64,000 bases of DNA from Candidatus Latescibacterota bacterium (lineage in GTDB: Bacteria; Latescibacterota; UBA2968). Below the pieces are notes generated by a model. That model worked only from the letters and a program-made list of their open reading frames with translations. It had not been told where the DNA came from and did no database searches. The translations under genes and the position numbers were made by a program. Positions 9,309 to 18,681 of this stretch are shown here, piece after piece. The number at the start of each line of letters is the position of its first letter. Position 1 is the stretch's first letter. The DNA is taken from the NCBI GenBank assembly GCA_965204745.1, contig OZ242010.1, positions 2,368,001-2,432,000 on the forward strand, given 5' to 3'.

Positions 9309-10656
9309 AGGTGTGCAAGCCGAGATCCCCGTCACCCCGATGCAGGGGCAGCGGGTTTTCATCGAAACCTACGGTTGCCAGATGAATGTCTCGGATACGG
9401 AACTGATGCTGGGCATTTTGCAGGACGCGGGGTATGCGTCTGCACAGCGGGCCGAGGATGCCGATGTCATCGTGCTCAATACCTGCGCGATCCGCGAACA
9501 CGCCGAGGAGCGCGTGCGGGGCAGGTTGGGGCAGTTGCGCGCGCTCAAGTATCGGCGGCCCGACCTGATTATGGGCGTATCCGGGTGTATGGCAAAGCAC
9601 GTTTCCGAATCCCTGATGAAAGACGCGCCCTATGTCGATCTGGTCGTCGGCCCGGATTCGTACCGCAAATTGCCCGAACTCATCGCCGAAGCGCGCGGCG
9701 ACGCGGCGTTGGACGTGCGCTTGGATCGCGGCGAATCCTACACGGGGCTCGACCCCCTCCGCAAACCGGGCAGCAATGCGTACATTACCATCATGCGCGG
9801 CTGCGACAAGTTTTGCACGTTTTGCATCGTGCCCTACGTGCGCGGTCGAGAGCGCAGCGTGCCCGCGCGCGAAATCGTCAGGCAGGCCCAAGCCGCGGCA
9901 GACGCGGGGTTTCGGGAAGTCACCTTATTGGGCCAAACCGTCAATTCCTACCGGGATGGCGCGTGCGATTTTGCGGACTTGCTCGCGATGGTCGCGCGCG
10001 TAGATGGCATTTATCGCATCCGCTTCACGTCGCCCCATCCGAGTGATTTCTCCCAAAAATTCATCGAGACCATGGCGTGCGAACCGAAAATCTGTCGGTT
10101 CATCCACCTGCCCGTGCAATCCGGGTCCAATCGCGTGCTCAAAGCCATGCAACGCACCTATACGGTCGAGGGCTATCTCGGCTTGGTCGATGAGCTGCGC
10201 GTCGCCATGCCCGAGGTGTGTTTGAGCACGGATATCATCGCCGGCTTTCCCGGGGAAACGCAAAGCGATTTTGAGGCCACCTTGGCGCTGATGGCGCAGG
10301 TGCGCTACGATTCCGCGTTTATGTTCAAGTACTCCGCGCGCAAGGGCACGGTCGCGTTCCGCGAAATGCCGGACACGGTTTCAGAAGAGGAAAAGGTGGA
10401 ACGCCTCGAAACCGTGATCGCCCGACAAAACCGCATCTCCGAAGAAATCAACGCGACTTATGTCGGGCGCACCCTCGAGGTGCTCGTGCAAGGGGATGCG
10501 CGCAAGGGCGAGGGATTGGCCGCGGGCAAATCCGATGGGTTTAAGACCGTCGTATTCCCCCGCGAGGGGGTTGCCGATCACGCGCTCGCGCAGGTCGAAA
10601 TCACGCGGACGACATTGCGAACCCTCTTCGGCCGGAGGCTGCCATGCGCGAGTTGA
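9280..10656 (+). CDS. miaB: tRNA-i6A37 methylthiotransferase
   Basis: [27 protein letters not shown] radical-SAM motif, [12 protein letters not shown] tail. Confidence 0.95.
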   Translation: MNVSALLDIEGVQAEIPVTPMQGQRVFIETYGCQMNVSDTELMLGILQDAGYASAQRAEDADVIVLNTCAIREHAEERVRGRLGQLRALKYRRPDLIMGVSGCMAKHVSESLMKDAPYVDLVVGPDSYRKLPELIAEARGDAALDVRLDRGESYTGLDPLRKPGSNAYITIMRGCDKFCTFCIVPYVRGRERSVPAREIVRQAQAAADAGFREVTLLGQTVNSYRDGACDFADLLAMVARVDGIYRIRFTSPHPSDFSQKFIETMACEPKICRFIHLPVQSGSNRVLKAMQRTYTVEGYLGLVDELRVAMPEVCLSTDIIAGFPGETQSDFEATLALMAQVRYDSAFMFKYSARKGTVAFREMPDTVSEEEKVERLETVIARQNRISEEINATYVGRTLEVLVQGDARKGEGLAAGKSDGFKTVVFPREGVADHALAQVEITRTTLRTLFGRRLPCAS

Positions 10657-11528
10657 TGGACATTCACGTTGCGCCGCGCCGCCCGCGATTGCCCAAGTGG
10701 TTTCGCGTGCCCGCGCCCGGCAGCGCGAACTACCGCGCGCTCAAAGACCTGATGCGCGGGTTGCGTCTGCACACGGTTTGCGAAAGTGCGCGTTGTCCCA
10801 ATATCGGCGAGTGCTGGAACGCGGGCACCGCCACCTTTATGATTTTGGGCGACGTCTGCACGCGGAGTTGCGGGTTTTGCGCGGTGAAAACCGGGCGGCC
10901 CCAAGGGCTCGACCGGGAAGAACCCGAGCGCGTCGCCCGCGCCGTGCAAGCGATGGGCTTGCGGCACGCGGTGGTCACGTCTGTCAACCGAGACGAATTG
11001 CCGGACGGCGGCGCGGAAATTTTTGCCGAAACCATCGCGGCGATTCGGCGGTTGTGCCCACAGACGAAAGTCGAGGTTTTGATACCGGATTTTCAGGGCA
11101 ACTGGCAGGCCCTCCTCGCGGTCATCAACGCCGAACCCGATATCCTCAATCACAATGTCGAAACCGTGCCCCGCCTGTACAAAACCATGCGCCCCCAGGC
11201 CAAATATGACCGGTCATTGGCCCTGTTGCAACGGGCAAAAGCCCTCGCACCTCGGATGCCCACCAAGTCCGGCATGATGGTCGGCGCAGGCGAAACGCTC
11301 GCAGAAGCGCGCCAGACGATTCGAGACATCGCGGCCAGGAAAACCGATATCCTCACCGTGGGACAATACTTGCAACCCTCGGCGCGGCATGTGCCGATGG
11401 CGCGCTTTTACCATCCCGACGAATTTGCAGCCCTCAAACGATTCGCACTCGCGCAGGGGTTTCAATACGTCGAGTCCGGCCCTTTGGTCCGCAGTTCCTA
11501 CCACGCAGCCGATCATGTGGGGCAATAG
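10644..11528 (+). CDS. lipA: Lipoyl synthase
   Basis: [44 protein letters not shown]. Confidence 0.97.
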   Translation: MRELMDIHVAPRRPRLPKWFRVPAPGSANYRALKDLMRGLRLHTVCESARCPNIGECWNAGTATFMILGDVCTRSCGFCAVKTGRPQGLDREEPERVARAVQAMGLRHAVVTSVNRDELPDGGAEIFAETIAAIRRLCPQTKVEVLIPDFQGNWQALLAVINAEPDILNHNVETVPRLYKTMRPQAKYDRSLALLQRAKALAPRMPTKSGMMVGAGETLAEARQTIRDIAARKTDILTVGQYLQPSARHVPMARFYHPDEFAALKRFALAQGFQYVESGPLVRSSYHAADHVGQ

Positions 11529-11564
11529 CCTCCACAACTCCAACAGTCTCTCAGGGAGGATGTT

Positions 11565-12938
11565 ATGCGCCTCAAGAAATGGTATTTTGCGCTGGTTTTC
11601 GCCTGTGTTTGTGCAACCGCCCATGGGCAAGAGGACGCGCCCGCGTATCGGGATCTGCCGTTGCGCGCCACCGGCGACCTGCGGGTTTTTGTCGAAATGG
11701 CCGGGTTTCGAGGGCCGCAAAATCTCACGCGCTTCGAGGTTTATACGCTGATCGACGCGCGGCAGTTGCAGTTCGTCCCCGAAGCTGGGAAATACGTTTC
11801 CCAAATCGACTTCGTGCTTTCCCTGCAAGATTCTGCGGGCAACTCGGTGATGCGCGAGTTGTGGACGCGCAATGTTTCGGTGAAAAATATCCGCGAATTA
11901 AAGCAAAACGGCGCGCTGGTGCGCGATGTCGTCGGCCTCGACATCGCGCCGGGTCCCTATACCGTCACCTTGTCTGCGGAAGATATTTACGGGGACCTCG
12001 CGGGCACCTGCGAGGGGCATGTGCGCGTGCGCGGGTTTGAAGGCCCGGCATTGGTCGTCAGCGACATCGTATTTGCCTCCGAATTGGCAAAGGCCGAGGC
12101 CAGCGGGCGGTTTGTGCGAAATGGCTGGCGGGTCGTGCCCAATACCACGCGGTTTTTCCGGGTGGGCAAGCCGATTCAGATCTACTTTGAGATTTACAAT
12201 TTCAAGGTCATGGCCGACAATCCCAAAGACTCCTTTGTGTTGGGCTACAGTTTGATAGACACCGCGGGGATGGTCGTCAAATCGTATCCGGCAAAGCGGT
12301 TGCTCAAACCCGGCGAAAGCGTGGTAAAAACAGACGCATTGGAAACCGAAGACCTGCCCGGCGGCGCGTACGCCTTGCAAGTTGAGTTGTTCGACCGGGG
12401 CACGCGCGAACACGTGCGGCACGAGCGCAAAGTTTTTTTACTTTCAGAAGAAGTCGAAAATCCACAGTTGACCGAGGCCGAGCAAGAACAGTTGCGCCAC
12501 TATCAAAGCATCCACCACATCGCGTCTGAAAAGGATTTGACGATGTACAAGTCTTTGGGCTCGCAAAATGCAAAAATGAAATTCCTTCAGGCGTTTTGGA
12601 AAAAACGCGACCCGACGCCAGACACGCCCCTCAACGAACGCCTGCGCGATCACCTGATGCGGATGAAGTATTCCGACGATACGTTCACCGCCCAACCGGG
12701 CAACCTGGGTTCAGACACGGACAAAGGCCGGATTTACGTCAAATACGGGCCGCCCAACGAGCGCGACTACACCACCTCGGCCGCGGTCGGCAAAGCCATT
12801 GATACGTGGATCTACGAAAAGTCGGGGCGCTACATTTTCGTGTTTTTTGATCGGCGCGGCACGGGTGTTTACGAACTGGTACATTCGACCATGTCGGGCG
12901 AGATCTACAATCCCGATTGGCAGAGCACGGCGTTTTAG
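11565..12938 (+). CDS. Secreted GWxTD-domain protein
   Basis: Signal peptide; FWKKRDPTPDTPLNE and GSDTDKGRIYVKYGPP. Confidence 0.85.
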   Translation: MRLKKWYFALVFACVCATAHGQEDAPAYRDLPLRATGDLRVFVEMAGFRGPQNLTRFEVYTLIDARQLQFVPEAGKYVSQIDFVLSLQDSAGNSVMRELWTRNVSVKNIRELKQNGALVRDVVGLDIAPGPYTVTLSAEDIYGDLAGTCEGHVRVRGFEGPALVVSDIVFASELAKAEASGRFVRNGWRVVPNTTRFFRVGKPIQIYFEIYNFKVMADNPKDSFVLGYSLIDTAGMVVKSYPAKRLLKPGESVVKTDALETEDLPGGAYALQVELFDRGTREHVRHERKVFLLSEEVENPQLTEAEQEQLRHYQSIHHIASEKDLTMYKSLGSQNAKMKFLQAFWKKRDPTPDTPLNERLRDHLMRMKYSDDTFTAQPGNLGSDTDKGRIYVKYGPPNERDYTTSAAVGKAIDTWIYEKSGRYIFVFFDRRGTGVYELVHSTMSGEIYNPDWQSTAF

Positions 12939-12957
12939 CGGTTGTTTTAAGATTATC

Positions 12958-13436
12958 GGGACCTACCCCCCTGGCCCCCCTTCCTGCGAGGAAGGGGGGA
13001 ATGGCGAGCGGTTTTGCGAGGGGATTGATGAGGGATTTCTAATCGCTTTATGCCCTCGGTCAATGCCATCAGAGCAACCAGAGCGATAAGCCATCAAAGG
13101 AGCTTTACTCCCCTTTTCCTGCAAGGAAGGGGGAATGGCGAGCGGTTTTGCGAGGGGATTGATGAGGGATTTTTAATCGCTTTATGCCCTCGGTCAATGC
13201 CATCAGAGCAACCAGAGCGATAAGCCATCAAAGGAGCTTTACTCCCCTTTTCCTGCAAGGAAGGGGGGAATGGCGAGCGGTTTTGCGAGGGGATTGATGA
13301 GGGATTTCTAATCGCTTTATGCCCTCGGTCAACGCCATCAGAGCAACTAGAGCTAGAAGCCATCAAAGGCACTTTACTCCCCTTTCCTCGTAGGAAAGGG
13401 GCCGGGGGATAGGTCCCCTCGCGCAACGCCATCAGA
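12958..13436. repeat. Repeat family A: three 134-135-bp tandem units within inverted termini
   Basis: atggcgagcgg at 13001, 13135 and 13270; left end gggacctacccc..ttcctgcgaggaagggg is inverted relative to cccctttcctcgtaggaaagggg..ataggtccc (13379-13417). Confidence 0.9.
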
Positions 13437-13622
13437 GGAGATCGTGACGTGATCACAAAGGCAGGCAAACCGTATTTGAGCTTGACGCAGTATCGCGGTG
13501 CTGCAAAAGCGCGACAGCCGGACTTGCTCAAAGGGCAAATCTGGATCGCCCCGGACTTCGATGAGACGACCGATGATGTGATCGATTCGTTCTACAACAG
13601 TCCGTTATTTCCCGACGAATAA
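13435..13622 (+). pseudogene. Phd/YefM-type antitoxin relic lacking its N-terminus
   Basis: VITKAGKP...LLKGQIWIAPDFDET...; a tandem cgtga-cgtga duplication breaks EEIVITKAGKP. Confidence 0.7.
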
Positions 13623-13687
13623 TGCAACGCCTTCTGCTCGACACACACGCGCTTATTTCGATTTCGCGGGCGTATCACATATTGTAA
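13622..13687 (+). pseudogene. Truncated PIN/VapC toxin N-terminus
   Basis: MQRLLLDTHALI then a stop at 21 aa; TAATG overlap with the antitoxin. Confidence 0.65.
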
Positions 13688-13696
13688 GGGACATCG

Positions 13697-16600
13697 ATGG
13701 ATCCTCGATTTACGCTGGAAAACGGCACGGGTATTTTTACGGGCAATGAATTGATCGTCAAGGGCGGTCTCGAAGGCGGCATGGGGTTGATGACCGGCTA
13801 CCCCGGTTCCCCTGTGGCAGAAGTGTTTGACGCCGCAGAGCGCGTCCGCGAGTTGTTGGTGGAAAAGGGCGTCATGGTGCAAATTGCCAACAACGAAGCC
13901 CTGGGGGCCGCGCGGCTCAACGGCGCGCAAATGGACGCGATCCGCGCTATCGCAGTGATGAAAAGCGTGGGCGCGCACGTCGCTTCAGACGCGCTCGCCC
14001 TAGGCAACATGGCCGGCACCGGCGAGGGCGCAGCAGCGGTCGCGGTCTTTGGCGACGATACGTGGTCCGAAGGCACGCAGGTGCCAGCCGATTCGCGGTT
14101 TATCGCCAAACACCTGTACATGCCCGTGCTCGAACCGAGCACCTTTCAGGAAATGAAAGACTGGATCAAAGTCGCCTTCGAGTTGTCGGAACAAACCCGG
14201 CTTTACATCGCGTACCTCGTCACGTCCAATCAGGCAGATGGCGGCGGCACGGTTGCGGTACATCCCAACCAATTTCCCGAACGGACGTTTCTCCGTCCCG
14301 CGCGCCTGGATCCCGCCGCGATTTCGCCGGACGAACGGGTGATCATTCCCCCGCACACCGTCGTCAAAGAAAAAGAAGTGCTCGAGGAGCGCTTTCCCCA
14401 CTTGCTCAGGCTCGCAAAAGACGATGGCCTGAACCGGATTTTGTACGGGCCGGACGCTGGCAAAAAGCAGATCGGCTTTGTCACCAGCAGTTTGGCCTAT
14501 TGTTATTTGGAACACGCGCTCACCATGGTGGGCTTGGGGGGTAGCATCCCCATTTTGAAATACGGCATCACCCACCCGATAGATGCGGACATTTTGCGCG
14601 AATTCGTCGGCATGGTCGATGACGTGTACGTGGTGGAGGAAAAACGCGGGTTTTTGGAGGAACAGATCACCGCCGCGCTGCAAACCATGCATCAGGCCGG
14701 GCAAATCGGCGCGTTTCGGGTCTGGGGCAAGCGCTTTCCCAACGGACGCGGTTTTCCCGACAGTTGCGGCCTGAACCCGAGCATCGCGCTCGAGGTGCTC
14801 GCGCCGGTGTTGAAATCGCTCTCCGATCCCAGCGTGCCCGTGGACCACACGCGCATCGACGACGCGGTCGCATTGATGGCGCAGACCAAAACGTTCGACC
14901 TGACCCCTTCGGTTCGCACGCCCTCGTTTTGCCCGGGCTGCCCGCATCGGGATTCGGCGAGTGTGTTGGACAAGATGATCGACGATTTTCGCAACCGCGA
15001 TTACATGCGCCGCAAGCACGGCGAGGAGCAGACAGATCTGATTTTTCACGGGGATATCGGCTGTTATTCCCTGCTGAAATACGAGCCGTTCAATCGCTTG
15101 ATGCACAACTTGTCCGGGATGGGCCTAGGCGGGGGCACGGGCGCGGGCATCGATCCCTTCATCGACAACAAACAAGTCGTGTTCATGGGCGATTCCACGT
15201 TTTTCCACAGCGGGATGGCGGCGATTTCCGATTCCATCAAACACGGGCAAGACATCACCTACGTGATTTTGGACAACAAGACCACGGCCATGACCGGGCA
15301 CCAGCCCACGCCGGGCGTGGATATCGACCTGATGGGACAGCCCACATTTGCCCAAGACATCGAAGACGTGGCGCGCGGGTTGGGCGGGGGCACAGATGGC
15401 CCGGTGCTGGTCACGCGCATGAACCCGGCCGACAGAGACGCGTACCGCGACGTTTTGGAGCGGGCGATCCTCAAAGACGGGGTCAAAATCGTCATCGCGG
15501 ACAAGGAATGCGGCATCACCTATCACCGCCGCATGCGCGCAGAGCAGCTTCAGACCACTCGGGAAAAGGGATTTCTGCCCGAAGAGACGCACATCAACAT
15601 CGCGTCCGAAGTCTGCGAGTACTGCTTGGAATGCACGCGGGCAACCGGGTGTAGCGGCCTCACAGTCGAGGAAACGCTCCACGGCCCAAAGGTGGCGACC
15701 GACCTGTCCCTGTGCGTGGCGGATGGGGCGTGTACCAAGGTGGAAGTCGCCAATGGCGATAAGACCTGTCCCTCGTTTGAACGCCTGACCATTCACCGCG
15801 TGCGCGCGCCCGAAGTGCAAACCGAGTCTATCGAGTTGTCGGATATCCCCGAACCCGAATGCCGGGATTTTGACACGGCTTGGTACGCGTACGTGGCCGG
15901 CGTTGGCGGCATGGGCGTCAATACCATTTCCGCGATTATCGCTGTTGCGGGCGCGCGGCAGGGCTATACCGTGCGCTTTACGAACAAAAAGGGGTTGGCG
16001 ATTCGCAATGGCGGCGTGTATTCGCACGTCAGTTTTAGCCGCAGTGATCGGGTCATTTCGCAACTGACGCCCTACGGGCACGCGGATTTGTTGTTGGGCT
16101 TGGATATCTTGGAGGCCGTGCGCGGGTTGGATCCCCATGGCACGGGCCGCGTTGCCAGCCCGCAGCGCACCACCGCTGTCGTGGAGACCGGCAAGCGCGA
16201 GACCATTTTGTCGATGATCGGCCGCGACGAGTTTGATACGGATAACTTGGAGGATATTTTGCGGCAATACACCGATGCCGACACGTATTTCGGGATGGAC
16301 TTGGGCGAAATATCCGAACGCTATTTGGGCAATAAGATCTACGCCAACAGCATTTTGCTCGGCGCCGCATTTCAACGGGGCGCGTTGCCCCTCTCGCTGG
16401 AGAATATCCGCTGGGCGATGAAGCAAAACATCAAAGCGAATGAACTCGACGCCAATCTCAAGGCGTTTGAGATGGGCCGCAAGGCCGCGTTGCATCCCGA
16501 AGCGTTCGCAAAGCCCGAACACGCGATCACGTACCGCGACCTCATCGCGGAGAAGGCGGGGATTTTGGCAAAGACAAAGGGCAAAAAATTGGCCGAGACC

Positions 16601-17302
16601 TATCGCGCACACGCAGAGACAGTCGGCGATTGGGCCCTTTCAGACGCGACAAAATTCCAGTTCGCACTCGGGGTGTACGATTTGATTCAGTGGGGCGGCA
16701 TCGAATGCGCGCAGGCCTATCTCGCGCGCGTCAAGCAGACCTACGCCCGAGACGAGGCGCGCTACCAATACGCGGCGACCGATGCGGTGACGCGCTTTCT
16801 CGCCCGGGTGATGGCGTACAAAGACGAGATTTACGTGGCGCATCTCTTGACGAGCGAGGAAAAGTACCGCCGCGATTGCACACGCTACAATGTCGATCCC
16901 GCCCGCGGCGACAAAATTTCCTACCGACACCTGACGCGCCCGCATTTCCAGGTGCTCGGGTTGGACATCAAATTCGATATCCAAACGCGCGACTGGATGC
17001 TCAATCTCATGAAGCGCGCCCGCTTTTTGCGCCGCCTCCCGGCCTGGCACCGAGAGGAGAAGTCCTATCGCGACTGGTACATCGATCTCGTGGATGGCTT
17101 TGAATTTGACAGCGCGGCGCGCTACGAGACATACCTCAAAGCCCTGCGCCTGCCCGATGAAGTGCGCGGGTACCGCGAGGTGATCTGGCCGAAAATGGCC
17201 GCCGCCAAAAAAATGGCCGACCACTGGCTCAACGGCAATGGAACGCCCCCAAAGCTGGACCGCGAGGTTCTCGATATCGAACCCGTGGTCGAGAAGGCTT
17301 AA
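13697..17302 (+). CDS. Fused indolepyruvate:ferredoxin oxidoreductase family protein
   Basis: TGYPGSP, ANNEA, RTPSFCPGCPH, GDIGCY, GDSTFFHSG, DNKTTAMTGHQP, ferredoxin Cys cluster, GVGGMG, MAYKDE. Confidence 0.9.
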   Translation: MDPRFTLENGTGIFTGNELIVKGGLEGGMGLMTGYPGSPVAEVFDAAERVRELLVEKGVMVQIANNEALGAARLNGAQMDAIRAIAVMKSVGAHVASDALALGNMAGTGEGAAAVAVFGDDTWSEGTQVPADSRFIAKHLYMPVLEPSTFQEMKDWIKVAFELSEQTRLYIAYLVTSNQADGGGTVAVHPNQFPERTFLRPARLDPAAISPDERVIIPPHTVVKEKEVLEERFPHLLRLAKDDGLNRILYGPDAGKKQIGFVTSSLAYCYLEHALTMVGLGGSIPILKYGITHPIDADILREFVGMVDDVYVVEEKRGFLEEQITAALQTMHQAGQIGAFRVWGKRFPNGRGFPDSCGLNPSIALEVLAPVLKSLSDPSVPVDHTRIDDAVALMAQTKTFDLTPSVRTPSFCPGCPHRDSASVLDKMIDDFRNRDYMRRKHGEEQTDLIFHGDIGCYSLLKYEPFNRLMHNLSGMGLGGGTGAGIDPFIDNKQVVFMGDSTFFHSGMAAISDSIKHGQDITYVILDNKTTAMTGHQPTPGVDIDLMGQPTFAQDIEDVARGLGGGTDGPVLVTRMNPADRDAYRDVLERAILKDGVKIVIADKECGITYHRRMRAEQLQTTREKGFLPEETHINIASEVCEYCLECTRATGCSGLTVEETLHGPKVATDLSLCVADGACTKVEVANGDKTCPSFERLTIHRVRAPEVQTESIELSDIPEPECRDFDTAWYAYVAGVGGMGVNTISAIIAVAGARQGYTVRFTNKKGLAIRNGGVYSHVSFSRSDRVISQLTPYGHADLLLGLDILEAVRGLDPHGTGRVASPQRTTAVVETGKRETILSMIGRDEFDTDNLEDILRQYTDADTYFGMDLGEISERYLGNKIYANSILLGAAFQRGALPLSLENIRWAMKQNIKANELDANLKAFEMGRKAALHPEAFAKPEHAITYRDLIAEKAGILAKTKGKKLAETYRAHAETVGDWALSDATKFQFALGVYDLIQWGGIECAQAYLARVKQTYARDEARYQYAATDAVTRFLARVMAYKDEIYVAHLLTSEEKYRRDCTRYNVDPARGDKISYRHLTRPHFQVLGLDIKFDIQTRDWMLNLMKRARFLRRLPAWHREEKSYRDWYIDLVDGFEFDSAARYETYLKALRLPDEVRGYREVIWPKMAAAKKMADHWLNGNGTPPKLDREVLDIEPVVEKA

Positions 17303-17325
17303 ACCCGCCCGCGATCATTCAAACG

Positions 17326-17616
17326 ATGGAGCATCCGATGAAGCGCGTTTTTACAGTAAAGGCCATCTGGGACGATGAGGCGCAGGTCTTCTACGCCCAA
17401 AGCGATATCGAAGGCTTGCACATCGAAGCCGCCAGCCTCGACGAATTTGAAGAAATCATGCTGGACGCAGCACCCGAATTGATCCTGGTCAACCACCGAA
17501 GCGCGTCCGGTATCTCCGAATATCCCTTGAAAGATTTGATACCGAGCATTCTGTGGCAAAGGTCGGAGACGGAAAGGACGATCCTGAAAAGTGCGGGAAG
17601 CATAAACAAGTTCTGA
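17326..17616 (+). CDS. DUF1902 / HicB-like small protein
   Basis: VKAIWDDEAQVFYAQSDIEGLHIEAASLDEF..AAPELI. Confidence 0.75.
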   Translation: MEHPMKRVFTVKAIWDDEAQVFYAQSDIEGLHIEAASLDEFEEIMLDAAPELILVNHRSASGISEYPLKDLIPSILWQRSETERTILKSAGSINKF

Positions 17617-17628
17617 TCGGAGGTAATA

Positions 17629-18576
17629 ATGGGTTTTTGGGACACACTACGTGAAATTGCAGTAGATATCTGGAAGGAATATCAAATTGCCCAAGTCTAT
17701 CCAACACTGCAAGACGCGGTGAATAAATATCGCGCTGATGACTACGACTTGATAAAATGCGAACCACCTTGGTTTGCTACACTCAAAAAACAAGGGGTGT
17801 TTGGTGCAAAGACCGTCACGCTTAGAGTGCAAGAAGATGGGTCGGTTCACGTTCTTGAAAGTGGTGTCTTCGGCGAGGAAAGGGTGATCCCTAAAACAGT
17901 AGGTGCGCCGACACCCCAGGAATTTATACAGATGCTTGAAGAAAGGGAGGCCGAAGCTCAAACTCGTCAAGCGTTGAGTGAAAACGAAAAAAACGCCATC
18001 GCCTTTGGAACGCTGTTTTTGATGTTCGGCAAACTGGCAAAGGCAGATTCGCAGGTATCGAAAGATGAAATCAGCGCGATTGAAGAGTTCATGACCGAGG
18101 GAGAATTGGACCAAGAGGCCCGAAAAGTAGCGATTGAATTTTTCAACGAAGGTAAAGAGACGAAAACGCCATTTCGGGAAATCGCCGCTGAATTTGCACA
18201 ATATGCAGAAGATGTCGAAATGCGTCGATATGCTCTGTATTGTCTCGTGCAAATCGCTACCTCTGATGGTGCGTTACACGCAACAGAGGAACGCTATCTC
18301 AACGAAGCGGTCGTCGCATTTGGCTTGCCGCCAAGCATCTTGGCCGAAGCCTTGGAAGAAATACTTCCCGACATGCAGAAGTACTATGAGATTTTGGGTT
18401 GCGATCCTTCGGCTTCCGATGACGAGTTGAAACGATGCTACCGTGAATTAGGAAAAAAATATCATCCAGATCGAATATCTTCGAAGGATCTCCCGCCTCA
18501 TCTTCTCAAACTTGCAGAAGAAAAATTCAAAGAGATCCAAAACGCCTATCAGATCATAACCCAACATCAAAAATAA
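17629..18576 (+). CDS. TerB-like plus J-domain co-chaperone (DjlA-like) with an atypical N-terminus
   Basis: LAKADSQVSKDEI and IATSDGALHATEERYL (TerB-like); YYEILG..YRELGKKYHPD..FKEIQNAY (J domain); RBS ggagg. Confidence 0.85.
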   Translation: MGFWDTLREIAVDIWKEYQIAQVYPTLQDAVNKYRADDYDLIKCEPPWFATLKKQGVFGAKTVTLRVQEDGSVHVLESGVFGEERVIPKTVGAPTPQEFIQMLEEREAEAQTRQALSENEKNAIAFGTLFLMFGKLAKADSQVSKDEISAIEEFMTEGELDQEARKVAIEFFNEGKETKTPFREIAAEFAQYAEDVEMRRYALYCLVQIATSDGALHATEERYLNEAVVAFGLPPSILAEALEEILPDMQKYYEILGCDPSASDDELKRCYRELGKKYHPDRISSKDLPPHLLKLAEEKFKEIQNAYQIITQHQK

Positions 18577-18681
18577 GCATCCCGTCCACAACGAACAGAA
18601 TCTCAAATGCTGATCGGTAGCGATGGGATTATCTATTTTTGATAGACAAAAACCTACTTATTTTTAACGAGGAGCATACCT

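Noticed and set aside
12799-13531. ORFs within repeat clusters (also 26494-26888, 28011-28415, 34624-35256, 36693-37111, 62327-62991)
   Set aside because: They are translations of repeat DNA or antisense overlaps with no family motifs.
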